Below, one piece after another: positions 53,258 through 61,816 of a stretch of DNA of 61,816 bases. The position numbers and the translations under genes are program-made. This DNA is from a virus (taxonomy: Duplodnaviria > Heunggongvirae > Uroviricota > Caudoviricetes), in IMG/VR virus record IMGVR_UViG_2740892042_000003; one strand, written 5' to 3'. Every line of letters begins with the position of its first letter. Positions within the stretch are counted from its first letter, which is position 1. The notes under the pieces are model-generated. The model did not search any database. It had not been told where the DNA came from and saw only the letters and a program-made list of their open reading frames with translations.

Positions 53258-55615
53258 ATGGCAGCAGTAAAAATCTCAGGTGTGCTGAAAGATGGTGCGG
53301 GAAAACCAATACAGAACTGCACTATTCAACTGAAGGCAAAGCGTAACAGCACCACGGTACTGGTGAACACGGTGGCCTCTGAAAATCCGGATGAAGCCGG
53401 GCGTTACAGCATGGATGTTGAGTATGGCCAGTACAGCGTCACCCTGCTGGTTGAAGGTTTTCCGCCTTCACATGCCGGGATCATTACCGTCTATGAAGGT
53501 TCCAGACCCGGTACGCTGAATGATTTTCTCGGTGCCATGACGGAAGATGACGTCATGCCGGAGGCATTGCGTCGTTTTGAGGCAATGGTGGAAGAAGCGG
53601 CACGCAACGCCGAAGCCGCCTCTCAGAGCGCAGCGGCGGCAAAGAAATCCGAAACGGCTGCGGCATCATCGAAGAACGCGGCGAAAACCTCAGAAACGAA
53701 TGCAGCTAACAGCGCACAGGCGGCAGCGGCCTCGCAGACTGCATCGGCAAACTCCGCGACAGCAGCCAAAAAATCAGAAACCAACGCGAAAAATAGCGAG
53801 ACAGCCGCAAAGACGAGCGAAACCAACGCAAAGTCCAGCCAGACGGCAGCGAAAACCAGCGAAACGAATGCCAAAGCCAGTGAAACTGCGGCGAAAAATA
53901 GCCAGAATGCAGCAGCCGAAAGCGAGAGTGCGGCAGCTGGTTCTGCGACTTCAGCAGCTGGATCAGCAACTGCTGCGGCTAACAGCCAGAAAGCAGCGAA
54001 GACGAGCGAAACTAACGCAAAGTCCAGCCAGACGGCAGCGAAGACCAGCGAAACGAATGCCAAAGCCAGCGAAACTGCGGCGAAAAGCAGTCAGGATGCA
54101 GCAGCTGAAAGCGAGAGTGCCGCAGCTGGTTCTGCAACAGCGGCAGCTAATAGCCAAAAAGCTGCAAAAACCAGTGAAACTAACGCAAAGACGAGTGAAA
54201 CAAAAGCAGCAGCTAGCGAGACAGAAGCAACGTCAGCCGCAACAAGAGCAGAGAATGCAGCCCGGATTGCAGAAGATGCCGCTGATCCTGCTTCTGTCCC
54301 TCCGCTTCCTGATATCTGGCTACCCTTGAATGATTCTCTGGAAGCGATAACAGGGTATGCCCCGGGCTATAAAACAATAACCATCGGCAGTGATGAAATA
54401 ACAATGCCTGTTAATGGCATATGCCAATTTAGCCGGGCTTCATCTGCAACGTATATTGATAAGTCCGGGCATATTACCGTGGCAGGGAATAACGTTCCTC
54501 GTTTTGAAAAATATGGTTTGCTGATAGAGAATCAGCGAACAAACATGTTCGTAAATAGTTTTAATCCTGATGCCTGGAATAAAAGCGGTGGTATATCTGT
54601 AACATCATCAACAGATGAATTTGAGTTTAAATATGGACGTTTCACGGTAGGAAGCGATATAGCAGGAACGACAACAGGGAGAAATATATGCACAGTTGCT
54701 GGTAACAAAGGCATAGATGTGACTGGCGATGATCAGTACAGTAAAGGTCCGTATGTTACCGCGTCGTTCAGGGTAAGAAGTGATCTCAATGTTCGCGCAC
54801 GTATCCGTTTTGAACGGTATAACTCGGAAGGATACACCTTCCTTTGCGACGCCTATTTGTCATTACAGACCCATGAACTACAAATTACTGGTGGCAATGC
54901 CCAGCTATTAACAGCAAACTTTGAAATCGATCCTGGTAGTGGATGGATATACTTTCAGGCAACACTGAAATGTCTGCCAGAATGGGGAATGGTTGGTACG
55001 CAGCTGCAAATTGCAGCCGACAGAGCTGTGGGGTCTTTTGCAACAGGTGACTGGATAGAAGTAACCACCCCGCAATTCGAGTATGGTGCTTGTGCAACTT
55101 CCTTCATCATAACGACAACAGAGCCAGCGACTCGTGCATCAGATTTATGTAAATTTCCGCTGATGAAAAATATGTATACCATGCCTTTTACGTTCATGGT
55201 GGAAGTCCATAAAAACTGGTTTATTTCTCATAATGCTGCACCGCGTGTCATTGATTCAGAAAATCACCAGTCCGGAGGCCCATTTATTATGGGGTTTGGT
55301 TCTTCTGGAACTATTAGTCAGGACGGTTATTCGTATTGCGATATAGGCGGGGCTAACCGACGTGTATATGAATCATGCGGAGTAAGGGATCTCGTTATGG
55401 GATTCAGGGTTAAGGCTGACGGCATGACATGCTCATTTGCAAATAAGCATATAAGCACTGAAACAAAAACAGTATGGAAATATATTCGTGAAGCAGCCGT
55501 GATTCGTATCGGGGGGCAAACGACGACAGGATTACGACACCTTAATGGTCATATAAAAAACCTCCGTTTCTGGAACAGAGCATTGTCAGATACGCAGCTT
55601 AAGGAATACGTATAA
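53258..55615 (+). CDS. stf: side tail fibre protein Stf
   Basis: N-terminus MAAVKISGVLKDGAGKPIQNCTIQLKA... as lambda Stf; long tandem-repeat region; divergent C-terminal domain. Confidence 0.85.
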   Translation: MAAVKISGVLKDGAGKPIQNCTIQLKAKRNSTTVLVNTVASENPDEAGRYSMDVEYGQYSVTLLVEGFPPSHAGIITVYEGSRPGTLNDFLGAMTEDDVMPEALRRFEAMVEEAARNAEAASQSAAAAKKSETAAASSKNAAKTSETNAANSAQAAAASQTASANSATAAKKSETNAKNSETAAKTSETNAKSSQTAAKTSETNAKASETAAKNSQNAAAESESAAAGSATSAAGSATAAANSQKAAKTSETNAKSSQTAAKTSETNAKASETAAKSSQDAAAESESAAAGSATAAANSQKAAKTSETNAKTSETKAAASETEATSAATRAENAARIAEDAADPASVPPLPDIWLPLNDSLEAITGYAPGYKTITIGSDEITMPVNGICQFSRASSATYIDKSGHITVAGNNVPRFEKYGLLIENQRTNMFVNSFNPDAWNKSGGISVTSSTDEFEFKYGRFTVGSDIAGTTTGRNICTVAGNKGIDVTGDDQYSKGPYVTASFRVRSDLNVRARIRFERYNSEGYTFLCDAYLSLQTHELQITGGNAQLLTANFEIDPGSGWIYFQATLKCLPEWGMVGTQLQIAADRAVGSFATGDWIEVTTPQFEYGACATSFIITTTEPATRASDLCKFPLMKNMYTMPFTFMVEVHKNWFISHNAAPRVIDSENHQSGGPFIMGFGSSGTISQDGYSYCDIGGANRRVYESCGVRDLVMGFRVKADGMTCSFANKHISTETKTVWKYIREAAVIRIGGQTTTGLRHLNGHIKNLRFWNRALSDTQLKEYV
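53620..54240 (+). repeat. tandem in-frame repeats within stf
   Basis: repeated units encoding KTSETNAKxSxTAAK and AAESESAAAGSATAAANSQKAAKTSETNAK; one approximately 200-bp unit is duplicated. Confidence 0.65.
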
Positions 55616-55884
55616 TGCGGGATATAACATTACGATTCGATAACAGAGAACAGTTTAACGCAATTGTATATGACAGTGGCCTGTTCAGTCTTGAAGAAGA
55701 AAACGGGGTTCTTGTTGATGTTATTGGCTGCATTATCGATTACGAGGAGCCAGAAAACGAAAGATGTACAGGCATTGATCGCGGTGGTTTTTTCGTAAAC
55801 ATGAGGATTGTTGATAGCAGTAAAAACATATCTTCTTTAATGCCTTTCATTACGACAGATCAGCATGTAAGGACATGGGCTTAA
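55615..55884 (+). CDS. hypothetical protein
   Basis: 89-aa ORF overlapping stf stop (TAATG). Confidence 0.35.
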   Translation: MRDITLRFDNREQFNAIVYDSGLFSLEEENGVLVDVIGCIIDYEEPENERCTGIDRGGFFVNMRIVDSSKNISSLMPFITTDQHVRTWA

Positions 55885-55896
55885 TGGAGTAAGACA

Positions 55897-56937
55897 ATGG
55901 TTACAAAAACAGTAATTCCTGATGACATCAAAACGCTAAAATCCGATGTTAGTAAACTAAAAACTGATCAAGGAAGCTATGCAACAAAATCATATGTAGA
56001 CAATAAAACAACATGGAATAGTTATTGCAATGTAATCTATGATCAAAAGGCATTGCCGACCACTGGAACTATATTTAGCGGTAAGATTCACTTGTCAAAT
56101 AAGGCAGGAGAAACCGAAAACGCTTATAGCGAGATGTACACCAGAAAAAATATTGACGGCACTAAAGATACAATGACAAGGATTGTCACACACAACGGAA
56201 CAAAAGGTATCTTCTGGGATTTTAGCGATCTTTACGGTGGGACATTGATTTTCCCAGGAAATGAAGGTTACTTAAAAATGGGTAAGTGCCTCATGTCTTA
56301 TGGGAATCGTGTTGATAACGCCATTATTAAATTTGATTACACAGACACATTACAAATCAAATACGCTAATCATGGGTCAACCATGACATTAAACACACAG
56401 GGAACCGCTCACGCTGGCGTAACAACTAGACTATGGGGTAGTTCTAGCCGTCCGGTTGTTTATGAAGTTGGCGTAGATGAGGCTCTGTATATGTTCTACG
56501 CACAGAAAACTACCAGCAATACCTACGAATTAACGGTTAACGGCGCGTGCAATGCAAGTGCATTTAATCAAGGCTCTGACCGGGATCTGAAAGACAATAT
56601 TCAGGTGATCGATAATGCAACCGACCGCATTCGTAAAATGAACGGCTATACATACACGCTTAAAGAAAACGGTATGCCTTACGCTGGTGTTATTGCACAA
56701 GAAACCCTGGAAGCCATCCCCGAAGCCGTAGGGGCTATGATGAAATATCCAGACGGCGGGAGTGGATTAGATGGAGAAGAAGGTGAACGGTATTACACTG
56801 TAGATTATTCTGGTGTTACTGGCTTGCTTGTTCAGGTAGCCAGAGAGTCAGACGACAGGATAACAGCACTGGAAGAAGAAAACGCAGAATTAAGACAAAG
56901 ATTATCTGCAATTGAGGCGGTGCTTGCGTCTAAATAA
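55897..56937 (+). CDS. tail fibre protein with C-terminal intramolecular chaperone (peptidase S74-like) domain
   Basis: C-terminal SDRDLKDNIQ...YTYTLKENG...AGVIAQE...LEEENAELRQRL pattern of self-cleaving fibre chaperone domains. Confidence 0.7.
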   Translation: MVTKTVIPDDIKTLKSDVSKLKTDQGSYATKSYVDNKTTWNSYCNVIYDQKALPTTGTIFSGKIHLSNKAGETENAYSEMYTRKNIDGTKDTMTRIVTHNGTKGIFWDFSDLYGGTLIFPGNEGYLKMGKCLMSYGNRVDNAIIKFDYTDTLQIKYANHGSTMTLNTQGTAHAGVTTRLWGSSSRPVVYEVGVDEALYMFYAQKTTSNTYELTVNGACNASAFNQGSDRDLKDNIQVIDNATDRIRKMNGYTYTLKENGMPYAGVIAQETLEAIPEAVGAMMKYPDGGSGLDGEEGERYYTVDYSGVTGLLVQVARESDDRITALEEENAELRQRLSAIEAVLASK

Positions 56938-56964
56938 TATTAAGGGGCCGAGCGCCCCATTTTA

Positions 56965-57273
56965 TTGGGTAGGATGAAAATGGATATAACACCTTTCCTT
57001 CATGCACTTTGTGCTGTGGCTGCGCAGCTACTGATTGGTCTTTTTACCGGGAACTGGGCTTACGGAGCGATAGCCGGTTGTACGTTCTTCATTGCGCGTG
57101 AACACACCCAGGCAGAATATCGCTGGATCGAAATGTTCGGGCATGGCAAGCGAATGAATATGCCGTGGTGGGGCGGTTTTGATACACGTGCATGGGATGT
57201 GGCAAGCCTGATGGATTTTGCTGTGCCGGTGGTGGCGTGTCTGCTGGTCTGGCTGTTGGTTAATCGTGGGTGA
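56965..57273 (+). CDS. hypothetical membrane protein
   Basis: 102-aa ORF with two hydrophobic segments. Confidence 0.35.
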   Translation: MGRMKMDITPFLHALCAVAAQLLIGLFTGNWAYGAIAGCTFFIAREHTQAEYRWIEMFGHGKRMNMPWWGGFDTRAWDVASLMDFAVPVVACLLVWLLVNRG

Positions 57274-57949
57274 AAAAAGGTGAGCTGTATATGCAACGGA
57301 GGAAGAAACCCCGTTGCTGGAAGCCTGGAAAAAGTATCGGATGCTGCTAAACCGTGTGGACACTTCCGTAGCACCAGATATCGAGTGGCTTATTCAACCA
57401 TAATAAACAGTATGTATATCATAGGTTATTAATTGTGAGTTTTTTCGGTGTGTTATTTGTTTGTTTGATGTTATGCTTTTGCGCCCCAAAAGGTTGTTTA
57501 GATGTATTTTATCAATTGATTTTCAATATCGTTTAATAAAGAAAAATTAAGCAAGCTGGATGTTGGTTTTTTGTTAATTGAATGGTTCTAATAATGTTTT
57601 TTTACTGTTGTTGAATGTGACTTGATAAGAAATGCAAGTAAAAATGATACTCTTTTTATTTTAAATTCAAACGGTTGACATATATATAGCAAGAGGTTTC
57701 AGGTGCGTTGTAGTGAGTTTATGTTAATAAAAAGCATAGTAATCGTTGAAAAAATGTAACTTTGAAATACGTTAGAATAAAAAACAATATACATATAATA
57801 ATTTAATCTTAAATGAAATTTATTAAAATTTGCAAACTATAATTTTGTGTATAAAAATATAAATGCACATCATCCTGATTATGATTGTGTATTTAATTGG
57901 TTGTTATTTGACTACTATCAACTTGTTTTAATTTTATGATAGGTGCAAG

Positions 57950-58699
57950 ATGGATTATGTTTGCTCCGTAGTTTTCATCTGTCAATCATTTGATTTAATT
58001 ATAAACAGGAGAGTTATCTCGTTCAAAAAAAATTCATTGTTTATTGTAAGCGACAAAATTAGAAGAGAGTTACCAGTATGCCCCTATAAACTAAGAATTG
58101 TTGATATAGATAAGAAAACATGTTTATCCTTTTTTATCGACGTGAATAATGAGTTGCCTGGCAAATTTACTCTTGATAAGAATGGCTATATTGCTGAAGA
58201 GGAACCTCCATTATCGCTTGTTTTTTCTCTGTTTGAAGGGATTAAAATAGCAGACTCACACTCCCTTTGGTTAAAAGAAAGACTATGTATATCCTTACTT
58301 GCCATGTTCAAAAAACGCGAAAGTGTAAATTCATTTATACTAACAAATATAAATACATTTACCTGTAAAATTACTGGAATAATCAGTTTTAATATTGAGC
58401 GGCAATGGCATTTAAAAGATATTGCGGAATTGATTTATACGAGTGAAAGTTTAATAAAAAAAAGATTAAGGGATGAAGGAACGTCATTTACTGAAATATT
58501 GAGAGATACTAGGATGAGGTATGCAAAAAAACTCATAACTTCAAACTCTTATTCTATCAATGTCGTAGCCCAGAAATGTGGCTATAACAGTACTTCATAT
58601 TTCATATGTGCATTTAAAGATTATTATGGTGTCACGCCATCTCATTATTTTGAGAAAATAATCGGCGTCACAGATGGAATAAACAAAACAATTGACTGA
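57950..58699 (+). CDS. appY: AraC-family regulator AppY
   Basis: 249 aa matching E. coli AppY; AT-rich upstream region. Confidence 0.9.
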   Translation: MDYVCSVVFICQSFDLIINRRVISFKKNSLFIVSDKIRRELPVCPYKLRIVDIDKKTCLSFFIDVNNELPGKFTLDKNGYIAEEEPPLSLVFSLFEGIKIADSHSLWLKERLCISLLAMFKKRESVNSFILTNINTFTCKITGIISFNIERQWHLKDIAELIYTSESLIKKRLRDEGTSFTEILRDTRMRYAKKLITSNSYSINVVAQKCGYNSTSYFICAFKDYYGVTPSHYFEKIIGVTDGINKTID

Positions 58700-58948
58700 T
58701 AATATTTATTACAAGTTGTCTACATGTTAATTATAATATTATACAGCGTGTTTTTTGATGTGATATTCTGGAACCATTAATTTGTAATTGGGTTGCTGTC
58801 GCCTATTTTATACACACTATAATTGATGGTTTTCTATGTGATTTAGTTAATAACCTTCTGGGTTTATTTTAAGGGTTAATTGTTACATTGAAATGGCTAG
58901 TTATTCCCCGGGGCGATTTTCACCTCGGGGAAATTTTAGTTGGCGTTC

Positions 58949-59902
58949 TTAAAATGTGTACTTAAGACCAGCAGTAGTGATGAAGTTATAGTTTTCTATG
59001 CCTGCTCCATTTTTGCTGTAGTCTGAAGTGTTATTATTGTGATCATAAAGTGAAGTATTACCTTTTTTATTCGTAACCCGATTCCATGCGCCTTCAACAT
59101 AAACTTTTGCGTTAGGTGTGACGTAATAACCTGCATTGACTGCAACAGAATAGTAATTTTGGTCTTTGACCTTACTGCGATAAGTGATTCTTTTTCCCGG
59201 GTCATAGTGTTCATCGTTATCAGATGATTCCACCCAGCCGCTGTATTTAAATGTGCCACCTAGCTCAAAATCTTCATAACGATAACTTCCAGTCAAGCCA
59301 ATGTAGGGCATTTTAAAACGTTGTTTGTAGCCGATTGCTCTTTCTCCATTCGGGAAGGAGCCGATATCATCTCTGAATCCCTCCTCAGAACTGTAGATAT
59401 AGGAACCACCTCTGGCTGTAAAGCTATAACGGCTTTCCTGATATCCGGCCATGAGTCCCAGGCGGTAATTGGGTTCGTTGAGGAGCCAGCCTTTGATATT
59501 CAGATCAAATTCGTTGGCATAATTGAGTTGTGTATCAGGATGTCTACTTTCATCCGTCCAGGTTCCGGGGTTACTGGAATCCATCCAGTCCTGATCGACC
59601 ATATTGCCACCTCGGCTGCCGAGTGTTGTCCAGCCAGCAGCCCCGATAGATATCTGAGGCATCAAATCCCAATTAATTGCACCTTTAATAATTGCAGCGT
59701 TATTGAATTTCCAGTCAAGTTGACTGACTTTTCGGCTTCCTTCTTCGGCTAGATAAACACGCTCTTTTGTTTTTCCGCTCAGAGTTCCAAGACTAATGTC
59801 CGCATTTATGTTGTCAGGAGTAAACGATAAAGTCTCGGTAGAAGCAAAAGAGTTGATCGCAATAGGGGTTGTCAGGACTATTCCCAGAAGTTTCGCCCGC
59901 AT
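58949..59902 (-). CDS. ompT: outer membrane protease OmpT (omptin)
   Basis: 317 aa matching E. coli OmpT. Confidence 0.95.
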   Translation of the reverse strand: MRAKLLGIVLTTPIAINSFASTETLSFTPDNINADISLGTLSGKTKERVYLAEEGSRKVSQLDWKFNNAAIIKGAINWDLMPQISIGAAGWTTLGSRGGNMVDQDWMDSSNPGTWTDESRHPDTQLNYANEFDLNIKGWLLNEPNYRLGLMAGYQESRYSFTARGGSYIYSSEEGFRDDIGSFPNGERAIGYKQRFKMPYIGLTGSYRYEDFELGGTFKYSGWVESSDNDEHYDPGKRITYRSKVKDQNYYSVAVNAGYYVTPNAKVYVEGAWNRVTNKKGNTSLYDHNNNTSDYSKNGAGIENYNFITTAGLKYTF

Positions 59903-60446
59903 AAAAGTTCTCCATTCAATCGTTTTAATGATTGAATATGTATTTTTTATATCTAACTTAATGAGTCAATTACATATTGCTCCACTGTTTATATTTTGTT
60001 TAGTATTGAATGATTATCACAATGCGCTATCTGTTTTTGGTTTAATTATCTGTTATTGTTTCATATTGCGGTTTTACTGTGTGGTTTTTTTATGATTTTG
60101 TGGTGCTTTTATCTATTTAAGTGCCATGCCTTTAGAGGCATATAAGCGAAAATAGCATGAGGTTTATCCTCAATTACTATGTTTTTTAGTACAAAAAAGA
60201 GGGACAAAACTGAGACACATAAGGCCTCACAAAGGTCTGCAAGGCCTCACATGTATTGAGATGTTAATAAAATGTAGGCTTGTAATTTTGATATAAATGG
60301 TAGATAAAACCTTTCCCCAAAATAAAAACGAACGTCAATGAAATCAAACGGTTGAATAAAGTTGATTTTGGCTAATAAAAAGACAATAAAATAATTTTTA
60401 TCATTAAATATCAATGAATTGAACTTAATGTTTTTATATACTGCTG

Positions 60447-60605
60447 CGCCATATGGGCTGGACTGAAGCCGCAGACCTGATTGTTAAAGGTATGGAAGGC
60501 GCAATCAATGCGAAGACCGTAACCTATGACTTCGAACGTCTGATGGAAGGCGCTAAGCTGCTGAAATGTTCAGAGTTTGGCGATGCGATCATCAAGAACA
60601 TGTAA
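60447..60605 (+). pseudogene. icd: 3' fragment of isocitrate dehydrogenase gene icd
   Basis: encodes (M)[49 protein letters not shown], the last 52 codons of Icd, with no upstream icd body. Confidence 0.7.
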
Positions 60606-60868
60606 TTACTATATGTGTTAAATATTATAACGGGCGTATAACACGCCCGTTGTTTTATGTAAGTTTTCTAACGGTTATCAAAATAAGTTATCAAAACCTC
60701 TTAGTTGTTTGGGGTCGGTTGGTCAGTCAGATGACAGTTCTACGGCCAGGTTCCTATTAGACATTCCTCTATTTGGTGGACGCTCGTTAATATTTAGATC
60801 CGCTATGTGTCAGGTGCGGACATTGTTATAAATGCCAATTGATATAACGTCAGCTCGTTTATCTCATC

Positions 60869-61429
60869 TTACAGAACCTCAACAACTTCAAACTCTTCCA
60901 TAATCAACTCCATATCTTCAGAAAAATGACCTTCCTGGGTGAAAAATCGTTGATGCTCTCTCTGCCAATATTCAAGGCTCAAATCGCCTTCACCTTCCTT
61001 GCGAGCTAACTCGGCAGTAACATCACAAAAACACACCAGTTGCATCGACACCAGCCTGGTCACTCATACCGGTACATCCTGGCCGTCAAGGATGATGTTA
61101 TAGCTCCCAATCCTTGGGGCAAATTCTTCCTTCTGATAAGAGGCATAAGAGCCACAGGAGGCCGTTTTAATCCCTTTTTCTATAAGTGCTGCAAGCTCGT
61201 TAGCCAGTTCAGGGCTGTCGCCCATTTGCCAGGCATTCGCGTCCGGATATTTCATCTTTAGTTCATCAACCTTACCCATTACACGTCCTTTCTGATTGTA
61301 AATAATAGAGAAATAGCTGAGCATTAATTGTTCGAATATTAACAGTGATGCTTTCTTGCTAATATCATAGTTCGTTTTTCGCTCAAAGCGGGCTGTTTGG
61401 TTCTTTTTCATGTGGGGTGAGAAATTCAA
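60869..61429 (-). pseudogene. ASCH-domain protein interrupted by in-frame TGA
   Basis: two adjacent ORFs in the same frame separated only by TGA at 61064-61066; C-terminal EGEGDLSLEYWQREHQRFF resembles ASCH proteins. Confidence 0.55.
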
Positions 61430-61479
61430 GGAGGCGTTGAGACGTTTAAATTTTCACAACGCTACTTTGCGCCATTCTT

Positions 61480-61816
61480 TACCTCAATTATCATGATAAC
61501 GATCGGTTTGACGAAAGTGATCGCGCCTACGCGGATATTATCGTGAGTATGCTTCATCGCCATTGCTCCCCAAATACAAAACCAATTTCAGCCAATGTCT
61601 CGTCCATTTTTTTGATGAACTCCGGCACCATCTCGTCAAAACTCGGCATGTACTTCTCATGTCAGGCTACTTATTTCCTGAACGGGGTTTTGCTATCACG
61701 TTGTGAATTTCAGAAGCGGTAATGACGCTGAGCCGTAATTTGTGCCACGCATTATCTCCCTGTTTGACAGCCCTCATGTCGATCCCGGTACGCAGCAGGA
61801 TAATGTCCGGTGCCAT
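61480..61816 (-). pseudogene. exo: second copy of orf60a/exo with internal deletion (runs off window)
   Basis: 61495-61650 is about 90 percent identical to 2700-2850 and 61680-61816 to 3290-3428, with the intervening exo body missing; exo N-terminus [29 protein letters not shown]. Confidence 0.7.

Noticed and set aside
53547-54329. 260-aa and other alternative-frame ORFs across the stf repeat region, and the possibility of a CRISPR array
   Set aside because: Alternate-frame translations of the protein-coding tandem repeat; repeats are contiguous and in-frame with no spacer structure, so not CRISPR
61064-61066. In-frame TGA in the ASCH gene as a selenocysteine codon
   Set aside because: Aligns with a Cys codon in remembered homologs and I see no SECIS-like hairpin immediately downstream; a nonsense mutation or sequencing error is more likely

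Overview
The window is a nearly complete lambdoid prophage of Escherichia coli type, followed by host-side morons and the start of a second, degraded prophage copy. Calls rest on reading the supplied ORF translations against remembered lambda and DLP12 protein sequences; no search was run. Order, left to right: int-xis and small early-left ORFs; a lambda-identical Red module (exo, bet, gam); an immunity region (CI-type repressor, Cro-like, O with in-gene iterons, P, nonsense-inactivated ren); DLP12-type nin cargo (emrE, large serine recombinase ybcK, an HNH-domain protein, ybcN, ninE, ybcO, rusA, ylcG, Q); a Q-to-lysis moron locus (Blc-like lipocalin, DUF523-DUF1722 protein, AraC regulator); the lysis cassette (holin, lysozyme, Rz/Rz1); cos; and a lambda-type late operon (Nu1, A, W, B, C, D, E, FI, FII, Z, U, V, G/T, H, M, L, K, I, J, lom, stf, a second fiber), then appY, ompT, an icd 3' fragment, an ASCH-like pseudogene and a second orf60a/exo remnant. 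Two things stand out. (1) The portal gene B is cleanly split after codon 276 by a 10.8-kb satellite-like island (26398-37241) carrying its own integrase, AlpA regulators, repressor/operator switch, primase-helicase with iteron origin, SSB, gpE-like capsid and gpD-like decoration genes, a Nu1-like small terminase and a lambda-identical cosN, while the helper's own cosN is divergent. (2) Immediately downstream of the repressor, in the position lambda uses for rexA-rexB, sits a translationally coupled two-gene operon (minimal nucleotidyltransferase-like protein plus an unrecognised 310-aa protein) ending in a terminator: a candidate undescribed lysogen-expressed defence system.
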